From NCBI GenBank assembly GCA_010356995.1, contig ML996708.1, positions 62,001 to 126,000 of the forward strand: a stretch of DNA of 64,000 bases, written 5' to 3'. The notes beneath the pieces are model-generated. The model was given only the letters and a program-made list of their open reading frames with translations, was not told the DNA's origin and did no database searches. The DNA comes from Trichodelitschia bisporula. Taxonomy: Eukaryota. Positions 60,274 to 64,000 of this stretch are shown here, in pieces (within the stretch, counting starts at the first letter, position 1; each line of letters starts with the position of its first letter). Made by a program: the position numbers and the translations under genes.

Positions 60274-63200
60274 CTAAGCGGCAGGCGCCGCCTTCTGCTC
60301 CCGCTCTTCGTACTTGTCCCAGTTGGCCAGAATGTTCCCAATCTTGGGCGAGCTCGTCAGGCGGTACACGTCCTCAAAGTACTCCTTGGTGAGCTCGAAC
60401 GGCCGCGCAGTCACGTTGGGAATATATTTCCCAATCAGCTTCTGCGGGTCGATGCTCGTCTTGTGAATCTTCTTGAGCAGGAACGAGCGGAAAGGCTTGA
60501 CGCCAGACCGCAGGAAGGTGCTATGGAACGGCACATCGATGCCCTTGAGCGGAATCGTGGCAAAGCCGCGCTCAAGGTTGAGCGGCTTCGGCTTAGCCTC
60601 GGTCTTCTTGGCACACTCGACGATGATGTCAACGAGGTGCTTTTTGACGTCCTCAAGAGACATGCTCTGAGTGAGCTCCTGGATGTCGATCGACTGCACC
60701 TTCAGGAAGTTGGTGACATTGGCGAGGCAGTCGAGCGCGCGCAGGTCGCCGGCGCACACATACTGCTGGTTGGCGATGTTGTAGTTGACAATCTCCAACA
60801 GCCAGCCGGTCTGCTCCGAAATATTTTCAACCACGTATTGCAACGCTTGTTCATTGAAGGTCTTTGAGATGCGGCTCGGGTTGACGGCGCACATGGAGTA
60901 GTTGGAACGGCCGGACTCGTCACGCTCGACGGCGACCTGCATGGTAAGGCCACGGTAGAAGACGACGGACACCAAGCTCTCAATGGGCATGACCTCGGCA
61001 AGGGCAGCCAGGGCAGAGTATTCGCCGAGGGAGTGACCGGCGAAGGTGCTGTCGTTCTGCACAAGACCCTTGGAACGCATGTCCTCGAACGAAGCCTTCT
61101 CCATCAGCGTCAAGGCTGGTTGGGTAAACTGCGTGGCAGACAGCAAACCGTTCGGCGAGCGGTAGGTGTACGAGGTTGTGGTCTCGTCAATCTCCTTGAA
61201 GATCTTCTCCGACCGGACGGTTCCATCAGCGGCGACTGTCTCGAAGGTCATGGACATATAGTTCTGGCGGATGGCCTTGCCGCGAGGACCACCAAAGTGG
61301 ATGGTGAGCTCCTGAGGATTATTCTTGACAATGTTCGTGATGGCGAACCCTGAGACGTTAGTACCATAGAAGGATTAACAGCACCAGAAACTTACCGTAG
61401 TTATCCATGAAATGCTTGTCGGCGCGGTCCCAGACCTCCCTGGCCACGGGGCTGGTGGCGTACAGGTCCATGCCCATGCCCTGCTCCTGGGAGCCCTGGC
61501 CAGTGAAGACGTAGGCCGACGTAGGCTGCTCAACTTCAGCCTCGGCGATGAGAACCTTCTCCTCCGTCTCCTTGTTGCTGGCTTCGATCTTAATGATCTT
61601 GCGGCCAGACACCATACCAACGTGATGGAGCTTGACGCTGATCTGGTCGTCCGGAAGTACCATGCCTACAAGCGAGGCATGGAAGCTACGGACGCGACCG
61701 ATGTGGTTCTCGGCTGCCCAGGTCTCTACCAAGCTGCGAACAGCGGCACTCGAGTACATGCCGTGGGTGATGGTACCGGGCAGACCGGCGTAGCTGGCGA
61801 ACACCCGCGACACGTGAATCGGGTTGTAATCACCCGAGACACGAGCGTACGTCTCATTGGAGGCCGGCGCCTTGAGTGTGAGGGGAGTCTTCCCATTCAA
61901 GGGAATGGGGTTCTCGAAGTTCACGGGCTGATCAATCGGGGTGCCATTACGCTTCAGGTAGTCGATCACAGGGTTGCCGTGGGAGACGCCGGCCTCGTAG
62001 TCCACAGAGGCGACCGTGATGATCTCCTTGGTGGGAAGCTCGAGCAGGACCTCACCCATGGTTTGAACCGAGCTGAACACCGTCTTGTTCTTGAAGCGGA
62101 CGAAGCTCTCGAGGCGGAAGGTTAGCGTCTTGTGAAGGAGATCAGTGTCGGGATCCTCGAGGCGGAACCATTCCTTCGAGCGGAGAATAGCGACCTCCTT
62201 CGGCGATGACAGGTGCAGCTGCATCGGGGTCTCGGTCTTGCGCTGGAAGGTGTTCTCGAAGTCATTGTAATCACCGCGGTACAGGAACTGGCTGGTGACT
62301 TCCATGACCGCCTCGCCATCACGGGTAATGGTACCGCAGACCTCGACCATCTTGCCAGAATCCTGGTTGATGACAGCGTTGACCTGGGCTGTGGTGTCGA
62401 GTACGTCGCCCTTCTTGAGAGGCTCGGCACCCGGAAGCATGCGGAAGCTATTGGACAGATGCACGAGACGGAGAAGATCGCCATCGATAACGCGAGGGAA
62501 AATAGGCTTGGTGATAGCCTTCCAGCCGACGACAATGGCGAAGTCCATGGGAGCAGAGGCTTCCCTGCCGGGACGGTCGACGAAAGCTTCGCCTGTGTTG
62601 CCCACCGCGTGGACAAAGTCGTTGATGGCCTCACTGGTGATGGTAGCTCGGCCGCCATCGAACTTGGAGTCGATGGGCGTGTCGAAAGGCACCTCCTCAC
62701 CATCGCCGAACCAGATACGGTAGTAGAACTCCTTGATCCGGTCGTTGCGATCCCCCATGACCTCGTGAATAGGTGCGTAGCCACGCTCGGGACGGTAGAG
62801 GAACTTAAACGTGAGGAACTCCGGCTTGCCTGATGCCGACCTCCGCTCAATGAGGCTGAGAGAGATCTCGTTCTTCTTGCTCAGGCGGATCTCAATGGTC
62901 TGGAGGGGATCTTTTGCACCGTTGAAGTTCTCTGAAACGGAGATGACGGTCCGCTCGGGCTCGTTGGGATGGTCGATCTTGACCACCATCCCCTGAACAG
63001 GATTGCACACCCGACGCATGGGATTCGTCTGGAAGCGTTGTCCCTGCGTAAAGACTTCGGCAGTGAAAAAGGCGTGACGCCAAGAGAATGTCTCTCCGGC
63101 AAGGAGCTGCATCCAGTCGTCAACAGACGGCAGGGGAGTATTTGGTTCCAGCTTGAAGCAGAGGAGATCATTAGTGTCAACCCAAGTAAGCGCTTTGACG

Positions 63201-64000
63201 TCCAGGGACTCGCTGATACCGAGGAGCTTGCCGCCAAAGTATTCGATGACGGGAATCTTCTTCACGTTGCCGCCATAGCGGTCGCGTGTCAGCATTTTGA
63301 TGTGGCCTTCATGGATGCCGTCCAGAATCTCTTTGACGGGCTCATCGACGACAGTGGAGTACTTAGCCGCCATGGGCCCGTGCAAGATGCAAACACGGCC
63401 AACATCCCGGCCAACGATGGCGTCCAAGTCCTCAGACTGCCACAGCGAGTCCTTCTTGAAGTAGTACTCAAAGTTGTCATCAAAGACAGGCACGAACGGA
63501 ACCGGCTTCTGGAAGCGGTTCTGGGCAAGCATCAGGAAGTGCTGCACGTCCTGCGCGTTCATGATCTGCGTCTTGGCCTGCGGGTACGTGTCTAGGATCT
63601 TCTCCACAAGTGGGAAGATGTCATCAAGGTCCGAGTAGCTTTGGATGAGAGAAGCCTGACCGGCAGCGGTGGCAAAGCGCTCCTCCACGCGGCGGAAGAA
63701 ATTGCCGGTCATAATCTTCAGGCTGACGTCGAGCCAGCGAGATTGGTGCTTGATGTACATCAGCTCAACGCAACGGTGAATGACCTCTGCATAGGTCATT
63801 TCTTCGAGGTCCACAACTTCGCCGGCCGAGTTGCGGCCAAACCACACCTTCTGGTAGTCGTCATTGAGCTTCTTGATGATGTAGTCACGGTTCTTCTCGA
63901 GCTCCACTAGCCGCTTCGCCTTGTCCAACGAGAAGATCTTCTTGTCCATCTCGGCCCAAAAAATCACACCTCGGGTCGCCAACTTGTGAATCGGCTCGCC
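60274..64000 (-). CDS. FAS1: Fatty acid synthase beta subunit, 3' part (start lies beyond the window)
   Basis: ATRGV, MaoC-like dehydratase motif [10 protein letters not shown]...HGM, and MPT domain motifs [28 protein letters not shown] and IDVPFHS. Intron 61350-61395. Confidence 0.97.

Overview
Eukaryotic genomic DNA from a filamentous ascomycete (Pezizomycotina; the class cannot be fixed from sequence alone). It is GC-rich, with very short GT-AG introns (mostly 43-49 nt, CTRAC branch points). About 25 protein-coding genes can be supported. Recognisable ones are three MFS transporters, an OMS1-like and a second SAM methyltransferase, a GDS1-like protein, an AAA+ ATPase, two DUF2235 (Tle1-like) hydrolases, CutC, two Rab GTPases (SEC4 and a Rab5/21/22-like one), a flavocytochrome b2 ending in a PTS1, SIP5 (frameshifted in a G-run), a sarcosine/pipecolate-oxidase-family enzyme, TBP (SPT15), a KapC-like bZIP, NCA2 and the 3' part of FAS1. 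There are also several orphan ORFs and an intron-containing tRNA-Ala(CGC). The most unusual part is the ~5 kb gene-poor interval upstream of TBP (43.2-48.2 kb). It holds an ungapped 98-bp-arm hairpin with a perfect 23-bp core behind a promoter-like element (milRNA-precursor candidate), a second 20-bp inverted repeat next to a telomere-template-like 11-mer, a dense GTAC cluster and a palindrome-bearing tandem repeat. No transposase, CRISPR array or rRNA was seen. All family assignments are from motif recognition, not database searches.
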